Counted from the first letter of the stretch, positions 47,329 to 58,189 are shown. The stretch is 64,000 bases of DNA from Candidatus Babeliales bacterium (GCA_963722255.1 CAVRJO010000001.1:5398-69397), one strand, 5' to 3'. Made by a program: numbers and translations. The notes: generated from the letters alone by a model not told the origin.

Positions 47329-48653
47329 TTAACCTAGTAATATCCGTTCCTCAGGATAAGAATAACCAGAGACTTCATGCTTTTTATAAAAAGCTAATAC
47401 CAATGTTAAGGCACCTATACGACCTATAATCATTGTTACAATTATAAAAATTTTACCTATGTTTGATAAGTATGGTGTTATTCCTAATGAAAGGCCCAAC
47501 GTTGCAAAAGCTGAAACAACTTCAAATAAAATATCTATAAATGACCAATTTCTTTCAGTAATTAATAAAAAGAATGTTGTGATAATAATCCAAATAAATG
47601 AAAGAAATGTAATTGCCATCGCTTTATATAATTGATCTTTTGCAATAGCACGCCCCATTAATGAAACTGAGGTTTTCCCTATTATTGCTGCCTTTATAAA
47701 ACCAATACACAATGCAAATGTGGTAACTTTAATCCCTCCGCCAGTTGATAATGGCGCTGCGCCAATAAAACATAAAACCATAATTATTAAGAGCGTAGCT
47801 AATTGCAATTGATTAGTCGAAACAGTGGTGAAACCTGTACCGCGGCTTGAGATGGTATTATAGAAAGCATTTACTATGCCCGTCTGAAAATTCATTTCCG
47901 AAAAAGTATTGTGACGTTCTAACATCCAATAAAGTAACGTACCGCTTACCACTATAAAAATAGTCATAGAAATAACCACTTTAGTTTGCAATGAAAAATG
48001 GAATCTTTTTTTATTACGAATGCTTTTTATATAATTGAAAATTTCATACCAAGTAATAAATCCTACCATGGCAGATAGCATAACAAAGCAGTTTCCTAAT
48101 AATAAGGTTAAATGCGATTTATACGGAATCATGCCTTCCGAAAATAAAGAAATTCCTGCATCACAAAACGCTGATACCGAATGAAAAAAAGACAAGAAAA
48201 GAGCTCTTAAAAATGAATACTCATTATAAATATTGAAAAAGAAGATACCTGTGCCAATTAATTCTATAAAGAGAGTAAAAAAGATAATAAAAAAGATAAT
48301 TTTTTTAACATCTTTCAATGATTCCAAATCAAGCACCTGTCCGGCCATAACTTGAGTCGAAAAAGCCGGATGAACGAAAAACGATATAAAAAAAAGGTTA
48401 CAATGCCTAACCCACCAATTTGAATCAAAAATAACAAGACGCATTGGCCAAAAAAAGTAAATTCTAAAGGAGATATAGTAACTAAGCCTGAGGTACACAA
48501 ACAGGTGGTTGCAGTAAATAGAGCATCTATCCACGAAATGCCGCTGATATGACTAAAAGGTAGTTTAAGCAATAGTGTTCCACATCCTATTGCCAATACT
48601 ATAGAAGTAAATACTAATCGTGCGGGCGAAACATGCGCAATAGAACGCGGCAT
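47329..48653 (-). pseudogene. ktrB: Potassium transporter KtrB/TrkH, frameshifted at a T8 run (coding strand)
   Basis: ORF 48315..48653 (DALFTATTCLCTSGL, LIQIGGLGIVTFF) continues in ORF 47329..48534 (ISFFVHP...). They join if the homopolymer at 48388..48395 were 9 nt. Confidence 0.8.
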
Positions 48654-48676
48654 ACAAATTTTCCTTAAAAATCTAA

Positions 48677-49258
48677 CTATTTTTTATATAAGAACCAACA
48701 AGTTCCAATCACCAGAAGTGTAAAAAAGATTACAAGTAAATTGAAATAGCGGTCAATATATTCTTTAACTTTATCTCCCCAAATACGTATTCCAAATGCT
48801 ATTAAATAAAAACGAGCACCACGTCCTAGTATTGAAAATATAATAAAAGGAATAATTGGCAATTTACAAAAACCTGCACTTACTGTTATTGCTTTATAGG
48901 GTATTGGAGTAAATCCGGCGATAAGAACAGCCCATGATTCATACTGCTCATAGGTATGTAACACGTGGTTAAATGATTCTGGCGTGAATAACCAACCTAC
49001 TAATATTCTTCCACATGATTCCCATAAAGCATAACCAATAAAATAAGCCATGAGACCACCGGCAACTGATGAAAAAGTTGCTATTGTTGCAAAATATAAA
49101 GCTTGCATTCGATCCTCTATGCAATAAAGAATCAAAAGAGGATCAACAGGAACAAAAAAAATAGCCTCAACAAAAAATAACACGGCTAATAAGGGAACAG
49201 CATAGGGCGTATGTACTTGTTGTCCACACCAATTATACATTCTCTTTAATACTAGCAT
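48677..49258 (-). CDS. DedA/YqaA-family membrane protein
   Basis: The VPVDPLLILY motif and four or five hydrophobic helices. The likely start is Met24 of the tracked ORF, which avoids overlap with glyQS. Confidence 0.6.
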   Translation of the reverse strand: MLVLKRMYNWCGQQVHTPYAVPLLAVLFFVEAIFFVPVDPLLILYCIEDRMQALYFATIATFSSVAGGLMAYFIGYALWESCGRILVGWLFTPESFNHVLHTYEQYESWAVLIAGFTPIPYKAITVSAGFCKLPIIPFIIFSILGRGARFYLIAFGIRIWGDKVKEYIDRYFNLLVIFFTLLVIGTCWFLYKK

Positions 49259-49280
49259 GCTTATTCTCCTTTTTTTATTC

Positions 49281-50598
49281 TTATTGTAAAGCATCTTTAA
49301 TAAATTGTTCAACGTTATCACAGGCAATTCGTTCTTGTTTCATTGAATCTCTATAACGTACCGTTACGGTATTATCTTCCTCAGACTGAAAATCATAAGT
49401 AAAACAAAATGGCGTTCCTATTTCGTCATAACGACGATACCGCTTACCAATGGAACCTGATTCATCGAATTCTACCTCAATTCCACTTTTCTTTATCGAT
49501 TCGTAAAGCATAGTCATTGGTTCAATTTGCTTTTTTGTCAATGGAAAAAATGCAGCCTTAACCGGTGCAATAGACTCTTTGAACCGTAGAACGACTCTTT
49601 GTTCTCCTTCGACCTCTTCTTCGTCATAAGCATCAAATAAGAGTGTTAAAAAGAGTCGATCAACACCAACAGAAGTTTCAACGACGTGTGGCATGAAAGA
49701 ACTCTTCGTTTGTTCATCAAATACTGCCAAATCTTTACCTGAAAAGGTTGAATGCTGAGTTAGATCAAAATTTCCACGATTAGCGATCCCTTCAATTTCT
49801 TTCCATCCAAAAGGAAAATTATATTCAACATCTGAGGTCCCTCTAGAATAATGGGATAATTCATCTTTTTCATGAGCTCGTATCCGTATACGCTCAGGAG
49901 TAAGACCAATAAAATTTTGATAAAAATCTAATCTCTTTTGAATCCAAAAATACAAAATCATCTGCCGCCGTTTCCGGCTTACAAAACCATTCCATTTCCA
50001 TTTGCTCAAATTCACGCATACGAAATAAAAACTGCTTTGGCGTTATTTCATTACGAAAAGCTTTCCCCATCTGTGTAACACCAAATGGTATTTTTATGCG
50101 ATTACTCGACATAATATTTTTAAAATTAATAAAAATTGACTGCGCTGTTTCAGGTCTCAAATAGGCATATGATGCATGCTCAACAGAAGCACCAAGTTCG
50201 GTTCTGAACATCATATTAAATTGACGAACATCGGTCCATGATTTGTTACCACAATGAGGGCAAGCCTTTTCTAAATCAATATCATCTGCACGATAACGGT
50301 GTTTACATACTAAACAATCAACCATAGGATCTTGGAAATTTGCAAGATGTCCCGAAGCCTCCCAAACCGATTGAGGCCCGAGGAGTGCCCCTTCAAATTG
50401 AACTATGTAAGGCGTTGCTTCTTTCATTGATTGCAACCATGCATTACGTATATTTTTTTTTAATAAGGTTCCTAAATGCCCACAATCATAAATCCCATTA
50501 AGGCCTCCATAAATTTCAGCCGATTGGTAAACAAAACCTCTTCTTTTGCATAGTGCTACTAATTTATCTAATGTTGCAGCCGATACTGTCAATTTCAT
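49281..50598 (-). pseudogene. glyQS: Glycine--tRNA ligase (GlyQS, dimeric class II type), frameshifted as assembled
   Basis: The N-terminal ORF carries RRGFVYQSAEIYGGLNGIYDCGHLGTLLKKNIRNAW. The C-terminal ORF carries WIQKRLDFYQNFIGLTPERIRIRAHEKDELSHYS. The frames join (..DDFVFWIQKR..) if the run at 49946..49950 were 4 nt. Confidence 0.85.
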
Positions 50599-50826
50599 GT
50601 AAAATAACTCCTGGGAAACAACGCTCTTTTGTTAAGTTCCAAAAGATTAGCGTAATGAGTTATTAAAAATTTTGCAACTCATAGCACATTGCATTACATT
50701 ACAACAAAATATAATACAGCTACACAATGGCGTAATTTAATAAAAAAATACAAATAGTTTATCTTTAAGCAAAACTTAGCATATACTGATAAAAACAAAC
50801 AACCCCCTAAACGGATTGGTTCGCTT

Positions 50827-52563
50827 ATGTGCAAAGTATTACTAATAGTGTGTTCTATTTTTTACTCCTCATTACAAGCTGGCTATTGTTTTAAAAACGA
50901 CTCTGATGCTTCATGTTTCGTTACTATGTATGATCAAGATAATGATCTGGTTATCGATCGTTTTAACTTGCTTGCAAATCAAGAATTTATTCTCTCGTGC
51001 AACTATTTAAGGAAGCAAAAAATAAAAGTTTTAAAAATTTTTCATGATCAAAATGATGATACAGATACTACATGTGCTACTATATGCGTTAATTGTCCCA
51101 ACTGTTATTATCTTCTTTACAATCTAAAAGGGGCATTATTATCACATGAAAACTCAAAAACAGCAGTTGCATTATTTAAAAGTAACCTTAACGACTGCAT
51201 ATTTATTAAAAGAGGTTTTATACAAAAAGGATATTTTTTGAGAAATATCGAAGATAAAAAAGATCTTATTATCACTGTTAAAAATGAAAAAGATAAAACA
51301 ATACTTGAAAATTTTTCATTGGCACCTAATGGAGAACTATTTTTTTCAGACTCAACACTAAAACGCTCCGACATTGAGAAAAAAATAAAGTTACGATTTG
51401 TCAGCGACTATCGATCCAACGAAACTAAAAAAAGAATACCCTTGCTCGATACAGAAATTCCATCACGTACAGTTTCATTTGATTCACAGGTAATTTACCC
51501 TCTCGCGATTGGTTTTGGATGCATTCCCTTTCGTGTTGGGATGAATCAATTTAATGAAGCTACCCAGAAATCACCAAATGATCATCCTTATCTCAAACAC
51601 TTTTTAGCAAAAACATTATTCAATAAACCTCGCACTAACAACCCTATGCGATTTGGCGAACTCTCTACTGAAAAAAAGCAAAAATATGCCGATATTGTTT
51701 TTGAAAATTGTTCAAACGATAAGCATGAACTACAAATTTTAGATCAAAGAGATGAAATCGTAATTGAATCAATGATCCTATTACCACAAGAAAGAGTTCA
51801 TTTTGCTTCTTCGTATTTAAGGGATCAATCAATTCATAGTTTAAAACTTATCACAAGGATTGTAACTGATGAAAAAGAAAACGAACCAGAAGAATCTATT
51901 GCTCATCAATGTACACTTATTATGTCGTCAAAAACTTCTCAAAACTATTGTGAAGAATACACCATTTTTGGAGATTGGCTTGCCACGCATGATTTTCAAA
52001 AATTTCAAGAAATAGTACAACCTAAAATATTCACAAGTTACTTTATTAAACGAGGCTTTTTAAATCTGGGATATTCAATAAGAAATATTGAAAAAGAGGA
52101 TCTTGAAATTTCAATGAAAGACCAACATGGTAGAATATTATTTGATCATTACGTGATGCCTTCTAATAGTGAATTTTATTTTTCAAAAAAATATCTTGAT
52201 CGTGAAAAAATTGAATATATTCTTGTTACTGCGCATATGCAATCATCAGCGATTCAAACAAAAAATTCTAAAGGCAAAATCACTCTCATCACAACTCCTC
52301 GCTATAATTTTGATAGTCAAAAAGTATATAACCTTGCTCTTGGCCTAAAAAGCCTTGCGATACAATTTCCTTTGAATCAGTTTAATGAATTGAGCCATAA
52401 ACCTTTATCAATACAGGGAAAGATGTCGGATTCTTTATATTATCAAACTGTTTTCTATGAACCAAGATCCCATGAACCTGTACGAATGAAATCAACAAGT
52501 ATGCACAGCATGCAGACTGAAAAAGAGGTTGAAGGGCCAATTAGCCCTTCAACAAAAATTTAA
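50827..52563 (+). CDS. Secreted hypothetical protein built from two tandem homologous halves
   Basis: Matching segments in the two halves: IFIKRGFIQKGYFLRNIEDKKDL / YFIKRGFLNLGYSIRNIEKEDL, and FDSQVIYPLAIGFGCIPFRVGMNQFNE / FDSQKVYNLALGLKSLAIQFPLNQFNE. Confidence 0.55.
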   Translation: MCKVLLIVCSIFYSSLQAGYCFKNDSDASCFVTMYDQDNDLVIDRFNLLANQEFILSCNYLRKQKIKVLKIFHDQNDDTDTTCATICVNCPNCYYLLYNLKGALLSHENSKTAVALFKSNLNDCIFIKRGFIQKGYFLRNIEDKKDLIITVKNEKDKTILENFSLAPNGELFFSDSTLKRSDIEKKIKLRFVSDYRSNETKKRIPLLDTEIPSRTVSFDSQVIYPLAIGFGCIPFRVGMNQFNEATQKSPNDHPYLKHFLAKTLFNKPRTNNPMRFGELSTEKKQKYADIVFENCSNDKHELQILDQRDEIVIESMILLPQERVHFASSYLRDQSIHSLKLITRIVTDEKENEPEESIAHQCTLIMSSKTSQNYCEEYTIFGDWLATHDFQKFQEIVQPKIFTSYFIKRGFLNLGYSIRNIEKEDLEISMKDQHGRILFDHYVMPSNSEFYFSKKYLDREKIEYILVTAHMQSSAIQTKNSKGKITLITTPRYNFDSQKVYNLALGLKSLAIQFPLNQFNELSHKPLSIQGKMSDSLYYQTVFYEPRSHEPVRMKSTSMHSMQTEKEVEGPISPSTKI

Positions 52564-52598
52564 GAATTATGATTTAAGAACGGATTTTATTAATTCTC

Positions 52599-53081
52599 TT
52601 ATTCTTCACCTATTGAACCAAGAGAAAATCTAGAAAGAGACTTTGCATGCTTACTTTTTGTTTTTTTATTTTTTCCTTGCGCTAATCCAGCGGCTCTTTG
52701 CTGTAATTCTTTTTCAAATTCACTGTGAACATTCTTCTTTTTTTTCTTCTCCTCAAGAAAATTCTGATGCACCTCATCGGCAACAATTTGTGTACCTGCG
52801 GGCCTTTGAGGTATATTCTTAGCATTAGCATCAATAGATGGAGCGCGTTTAGTTTTCTTAGTTTTTTTGCGAGATAATTCTTTCCTTAGATCTTCATAAT
52901 TGGGTAAATCATCCACAGCTGTTTGATTTCCTGCGACGTTTAATGCTACAACCCCGGTAATTATACCTTCAACGTTACCTTCTTGATTTTCTAATTGCAT
53001 TGCATAAGCCATTGAACAGCAAAAAGATAATCCTAGAGCACAAAGAAAATATTTTAGGTTATTCATACATAGACCTTTCAT
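52599..53081 (-). CDS. Small secreted Lys-rich hypothetical protein
   Basis: Signal-like leader, then basic clusters RKKTKKTKR, EEKKKKKN and KNKKTKSKHAK. Confidence 0.4.
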   Translation of the reverse strand: MKGLCMNNLKYFLCALGLSFCCSMAYAMQLENQEGNVEGIITGVVALNVAGNQTAVDDLPNYEDLRKELSRKKTKKTKRAPSIDANAKNIPQRPAGTQIVADEVHQNFLEEKKKKKNVHSEFEKELQQRAAGLAQGKNKKTKSKHAKSLSRFSLGSIGEE

Positions 53082-53275
53082 CTAATTTTTAACAATAATA
53101 TTCAACTATAAGTATATCATTTATAAAAATAATTTCAATATGTTATTTTTTATTGATTCTTAAAAATTTAACCTCTGATTTTATTTTTTTGATTTTTATT
53201 TATACTAAGAGCGTTAACTGCGACTTGTATCTCTCTATGAATACAAATATTTTACAATTAAAGAAGTGAGAATTT

Positions 53276-54985
53276 ATGAATCATCTACTTAAAATATCAT
53301 TTTATGGTCTTCTTCTTGCTGCACTGGGCCTTTTTGCAGCGAAAATATATTATCACGAATGCGAATTAAAACAGTTGATTATGCATCACAAAGAGATTAA
53401 ACCAGTAACGCCTGTTGTTGAAAAACTTGTCTCAGCACAACAATCTTGGGGTGGATTACAAAGTAAAGTAAAGGACACGGTTGTTCAAATTTTTGCTCAA
53501 CAAGCTGTTCCCGATTTATTACAACCTTTCAAAACTCCCACACAATATCAAGGAACAGGAAGCGGTTTCTTTATAAATGAAAACGGCGAAATTATCACAA
53601 ATGCGCATGTTGTTAATCAAGCAAAATCTGTTTGGATTCAAGTTCCTTCTTTAGGAAAACGACAAATTGATGTTGAAATAGTTGGAGTCAGTCCCGATAG
53701 AGATCTAGCTCTTCTTCGCATTAAAAAAGATGAATTAGAAGAATTTAAACAAGATGTTGGTGGAATTAAATATCTTCACCTAGGTAACTCTGATTTAGTT
53801 CATCGAGCAGATGAAATTATGACGCTTGGCTACCCTCTTGGACAACAGGGGCTCAAAAGCACTACCGGTATTGTAAGTGGCAGGGAACAACATCTCATTC
53901 AAATTGATGCCGCAATAAACCCTGGCAATTCCGGTGGCCCCTCTCTTAATCTCAAGGGCGAAGTAATTGGAATTAATACCTTATATGCTCCTGACGCTCA
54001 AAATGTTGGCTATATCATCCCTATTAATGAGCTCAAAATAGTGCTTGATGATTTAAGAACCTTTAAACTTTTAAAAAGACCTTATTTAGGAATTCTTTTT
54101 AATAATGCCAGCGACGCGTTAACTGAATTTTTAGGAAATCCTCCGCCTGGAGGAGTTTATGTGGTTGAAGTCTATAAAGATAGTCCTCTTCAGAAAGCCG
54201 GAATTCAAAAACGTGATATGATTTATGAAATTAATGGTCATAAATTAGATGTTTACGGCGAGCTTTTATGGAATGAAGATAGAATCTCAATAATAGATTA
54301 TGTTTCACAACTTAAATTAGGTCAGGAAATTAGCCTTGTTGTATATCGCCAAGGTAAACGGCTAGATCTTAAATTCATCTTTAATCAACCGGAATTGTTA
54401 CCAATTCATAAGATATATCCTGGCTATGAAACGCTTGATTATGAAATTGTTGCCGGCATGGTTGTACAACCTTTAACAACAAACCATTTGCCATTACTGG
54501 TAAACATTGCTCCGGGATTAACACGCTATGCTGAAATGAAACATCAGATGGAACATGCCCTTATTATTACTCATATCTTTCCGGATTCACAAGCACAACG
54601 ATGCCGATCATTAATACCGGGGGCAATACTATCAGAAATCAATGGTCTAAAAGTAACAACAATTGAATCATTCCGCACTGCACTTTTTGAAAGTATAAAA
54701 ACAGGAAGATTGTCTATTGAGACCACCGATTCTGTTTTTGTTGTCCTTCCCTTTAAAAAAATTATTGAGGAAGATCAACGATTAGCAAAAGATTATTTTT
54801 ATCCTCTTACACCAGGCGTGCAATCATTGATCAATACTTTGGAAAAGATAATGATTGAACAAGAAAAAAATCTTTCAGAGAAGGATTGCTTGAAAAAAGA
54901 TAAAAACACCGACAAAATCATACAAGAACCTATAAAAACTGCCAATTCAGAAACAATAGAAAAAGAAACAGCTCATGGCAGTTAA
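53276..54985 (+). CDS. HtrA/DegP-like trypsin-fold serine protease with PDZ-like C-terminal domains
   Basis: Catalytic triad contexts TNAHVV, DLALLRI and GNSGGP. N-terminal membrane anchor. Long C-terminal region. Confidence 0.85.
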   Translation: MNHLLKISFYGLLLAALGLFAAKIYYHECELKQLIMHHKEIKPVTPVVEKLVSAQQSWGGLQSKVKDTVVQIFAQQAVPDLLQPFKTPTQYQGTGSGFFINENGEIITNAHVVNQAKSVWIQVPSLGKRQIDVEIVGVSPDRDLALLRIKKDELEEFKQDVGGIKYLHLGNSDLVHRADEIMTLGYPLGQQGLKSTTGIVSGREQHLIQIDAAINPGNSGGPSLNLKGEVIGINTLYAPDAQNVGYIIPINELKIVLDDLRTFKLLKRPYLGILFNNASDALTEFLGNPPPGGVYVVEVYKDSPLQKAGIQKRDMIYEINGHKLDVYGELLWNEDRISIIDYVSQLKLGQEISLVVYRQGKRLDLKFIFNQPELLPIHKIYPGYETLDYEIVAGMVVQPLTTNHLPLLVNIAPGLTRYAEMKHQMEHALIITHIFPDSQAQRCRSLIPGAILSEINGLKVTTIESFRTALFESIKTGRLSIETTDSVFVVLPFKKIIEEDQRLAKDYFYPLTPGVQSLINTLEKIMIEQEKNLSEKDCLKKDKNTDKIIQEPIKTANSETIEKETAHGS

Positions 54986-55715
54986 ACAAAAAAAGAGGCT
55001 CGATCAACTTATTCTTGATCGATATCCTCAATTGAGCAGAAATTATATACAAAGCCTTATTATGCAAGGTAAAGTACGCGTAGAAGATACCATTGTTTCC
55101 AAAGCGGGTACTCCTATTGCACCAGATGCACTCATAGTTCTCGAAACAAATGAACCTAAATATGTGTCACGTGCAGGCTTTAAGCTAGAAAAAGCGCTTG
55201 ATCATTTTGCACTTGATGTAAACAATCTTGTTGCGCTTGATGCCGGTCTTTCTACCGGTGGTTTTACCGATTGTCTTCTGCAACGAGGAGTTCAAAAGGT
55301 GTATGGCATCGATGTTGGCTATGGCCAGGTTCATGAAAAAATTCGCACTAATCCTAAGGTTATTGTTATGGAACGCACTAATTTACGCCTTCTTGAATCA
55401 TTACCTGAAAACGTCGATTTAGTTACCCTTGATCTTTCATTTATATCGGTCCTCAAAGTTATTGATACCGTTGCTAAATTTATTAAACCTCATGCCAAAT
55501 TAATCATTCTTATTAAACCACAGTTTGAAGCAGAACGGTATGAAGTTGGCAAAGGAGGAATTATTAAATCACCTGAAATTCATCAAAAAGTTGTGACAAA
55601 CGTTACTACAGGAATAACGCAAGCTGGATTTCTTTGCCATGGTTTTATTGAATCACCTATCTTAGGTGCTGAAGGCAATAAAGAGTTTTTGGCCTATTTT
55701 GAGAAGACAGACTAA
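54975..55715 (+). CDS. tlyA: TlyA-family rRNA (cytidine-2'-O)-methyltransferase
   Basis: S4-like N-terminus RLDQLILDRYPQLSRNYIQSLIMQGKVRV, then VSRAGFKLEKAL and LDAGLSTGGFTDCLLQRGVQKVYGIDVGYGQ. Confidence 0.9.
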   Translation: MAVKQKKRLDQLILDRYPQLSRNYIQSLIMQGKVRVEDTIVSKAGTPIAPDALIVLETNEPKYVSRAGFKLEKALDHFALDVNNLVALDAGLSTGGFTDCLLQRGVQKVYGIDVGYGQVHEKIRTNPKVIVMERTNLRLLESLPENVDLVTLDLSFISVLKVIDTVAKFIKPHAKLIILIKPQFEAERYEVGKGGIIKSPEIHQKVVTNVTTGITQAGFLCHGFIESPILGAEGNKEFLAYFEKTD

Positions 55716-55737
55716 TTTCAAACAAAAAAGGAGCTCT

Positions 55738-56790
55738 ATGAAAATGAGAAAAATCTATTTTAAAAGAATGAATATCTTTATTTTTAGTAACCTTTTGACC
55801 ATTCATTTTTGTCTTATTAGCATGGAGGCAACAAAAAAAGATTTTCATGAAATTCCTTCTTATCAATGCTATAAAAGAATGCCCATTGATTCTGAAAGCA
55901 TAGGCGAATTAGCGCTCCAATATCCTTTACCACAAGAAGAGTTAACTATTGTTAAAGAATGGCGTGATCAACATAAAGGTTTACTTGTAGGCCTTCTAGA
56001 TTTTACCTATAAAAACTCCGAATTGTATTTAATGCAAGAAGAACATATAGCAATGCTCAAAAGAGCTGGCATCGAAAATAAAAGCCGGTGGAGTTATATT
56101 TTCAATATACCAAATGATGATACCCTTTGGGTTCAAATAACGGGTCCTTTGCACCGCGTTTGCAACACAAAAGCCCATCATAAACTCTATGAAAAACAAT
56201 TGGAACCACAAGCTCTTGATTCTCTGCAAAAACCACCTAAGACTTTCCAAACGATAAGCAGATTTGCTCATTATTTAAAATTTCTTGAAGTTGCAGAATC
56301 AAATCAATTTAATCACTTCAGCGTCCCAGCAACATATTTACTTCCACTTGATGATGAGCAATCAACTACAGATTATTCAGATGATACTAGCTTTGTTATT
56401 CAAAAAAGTCTTGAAGGAAATCCGGTACCTCTTAGACATAACAAAGATAGAATAGATTCTATTACACATCAATCTTTCAATGAACTTCTGCATGCAATTA
56501 AAGATGTAGGATTATGGGACACTCAAGCAAATCTCCTCATTGATGATAACAACAATCTTTGCATGAGCGATCTTGAACAACCAAATCATGAAGATCCAAG
56601 CAATTTTTTTAACAAAGATACGTTATATTATAGCCATAAAACAGTATGCGGACTTCATCAATTATATGAACTTTGTGAAAATCACAATGAATTACGAAGA
56701 ACCATTCAAGACTTTGCACGAGACAAGGTTGATTTACCACATAGCGGCAAACAAAAAGAATTAGAAATCCTCCTAAAGTTATGTGAATAA
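55738..56790 (+). CDS. Hypothetical protein with leader, tandem paralog 1 of 2 (possible kinase-like fold)
   Basis: The start at 55738 is preceded by AAGGAG. It shares EIPS..CYK..PI....IG.LA...LP.E...IVKEWRD and FSVPATYL with the next ORF. GLWDTQANLLIDDNNNLCMSDLEQP follows a D-x4-N...DLE pattern. Confidence 0.5.
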   Translation: MKMRKIYFKRMNIFIFSNLLTIHFCLISMEATKKDFHEIPSYQCYKRMPIDSESIGELALQYPLPQEELTIVKEWRDQHKGLLVGLLDFTYKNSELYLMQEEHIAMLKRAGIENKSRWSYIFNIPNDDTLWVQITGPLHRVCNTKAHHKLYEKQLEPQALDSLQKPPKTFQTISRFAHYLKFLEVAESNQFNHFSVPATYLLPLDDEQSTTDYSDDTSFVIQKSLEGNPVPLRHNKDRIDSITHQSFNELLHAIKDVGLWDTQANLLIDDNNNLCMSDLEQPNHEDPSNFFNKDTLYYSHKTVCGLHQLYELCENHNELRRTIQDFARDKVDLPHSGKQKELEILLKLCE

Positions 56791-56901
56791 CAACATAGCA
56801 TTTTTTAATTAGATTCTAATAAAAATTTACAAATTGACAAATTTACTATCTTGTGTATTCTAATAGAGATATGTTTATTAGTTTTAACTATAAAGGACAT
56901 T

Positions 56902-57990
56902 ATGAAACAAACACACAAAAAAAATCTAATCTTTGGGCTATTTTTAACAGTACATGCCTTTATTGGATTTGCTCTTAACGCTATGGAAGAAAAAAAAGAT
57001 TCTCTTGATGAAATACCTTCTCATTGTCGCTACAAAGAAACTCCAATCGAACTAGCAACCATTGGAAAATTAGCAATGGAACATGCTTTACCTGCTGAAA
57101 AAGCTGCGATCGTAAAAGAATGGCGTGATTCTAACATAGGGCTCGTCAAAAAATTAGTAGATTTTAGCTTTCCAAACTCTGAAATGCGATCTAATGTATT
57201 GGCAAATAGAGAATTGCTTAAAGAGCAAGGTCTTGATTCTCAAAGTGCTGTTAGTTATACGTTTGCTTTACCAATCAATGAAAATCCTTATTTTCATGTA
57301 GGTTCACAGTATTATCGTTTACATAACCTTAGAAGATACCATGGACATGATTGGAATTTTGGTCGAGACGATGCTACTGGTCAAGTGATTAAAGAAAAAA
57401 TTGATACCCTTGAAAAAGCACCCACCTACCAAACTGTGAGTGATTTTATTAATTACCTACAACTTTCTGAAACAGCTGAAAATAATAATTTTAACAATTT
57501 TAGCGCTCCAGCAACCTACTTAGTTCCCGTTGAGGATAACCAGCCTTTGGAATCATACAACGATGATAACACCTTTATTATTCAAGACCGTTTGACAAGA
57601 CCAGTAACACCATTGTGTGATAAAAATAACCCACAAAGAATATCTGATATTCCATCAACTGCGCTTAATGAACTGCTAGTCGGGATCAATGCAGTTGGGT
57701 TATGGGATTCGTCAAAGTTCCTTGTTGATGAAGATAATAAACTTCACATAATAAGCTTACGTCAACCCGATTGTAGCAATCCTAGTGACTTTCACAATAA
57801 AAATGAAGACAGCGGATTTTGTGCATCCTTCAGCTTTAACGTTCGCAATGGATTTAAAGGGCTTTATAATTTCTGCAAAGAAACCAATAATACAGAAACA
57901 CAAAATATTATCCGTAATTTTGTAGAAAAAAACGTTACCTTACCGAGTCAAAGGCAACAAGCTGAATTGTTTAATGAATTAGACATCTAA
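56902..57990 (+). CDS. Hypothetical protein with leader, tandem paralog 2 of 2
   Basis: Homologous along its whole length to 55738..56790. The motif positions read GLWDSSKFLVDEDNKLHIISLRQP, so the N and D of the putative catalytic pattern are not conserved. Confidence 0.5.
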   Translation: MKQTHKKNLIFGLFLTVHAFIGFALNAMEEKKDSLDEIPSHCRYKETPIELATIGKLAMEHALPAEKAAIVKEWRDSNIGLVKKLVDFSFPNSEMRSNVLANRELLKEQGLDSQSAVSYTFALPINENPYFHVGSQYYRLHNLRRYHGHDWNFGRDDATGQVIKEKIDTLEKAPTYQTVSDFINYLQLSETAENNNFNNFSAPATYLVPVEDNQPLESYNDDNTFIIQDRLTRPVTPLCDKNNPQRISDIPSTALNELLVGINAVGLWDSSKFLVDEDNKLHIISLRQPDCSNPSDFHNKNEDSGFCASFSFNVRNGFKGLYNFCKETNNTETQNIIRNFVEKNVTLPSQRQQAELFNELDI

Positions 57991-58014
57991 CAATAAATCT
58001 TTGTAACTAACTAA

Positions 58015-58049
58015 AAAAGGAGCATATCATTATTTGATATGCTCCTTTT
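58015..58049 (+). terminator. Rho-independent terminator
   Basis: AAAAGGAGCATATCA-TTATT-TGATATGCTCCTTTT followed by CGCTTTTTT. Confidence 0.85.
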
Positions 58050-58113
58050 CGCTTTTTTAATCAATTTTTTTGTTTTTCTTTTCGTTAACTATTATACTAA
58101 ACAACATGAAATT

Positions 58114-58189
<76 letters not shown>

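Noticed and set aside
50599-50826. Possible T-box leader upstream of glyQS
   Set aside because: I found no T-box consensus (AANNNGGGTGGTACCGCG-like) on the minus strand of this spacer.
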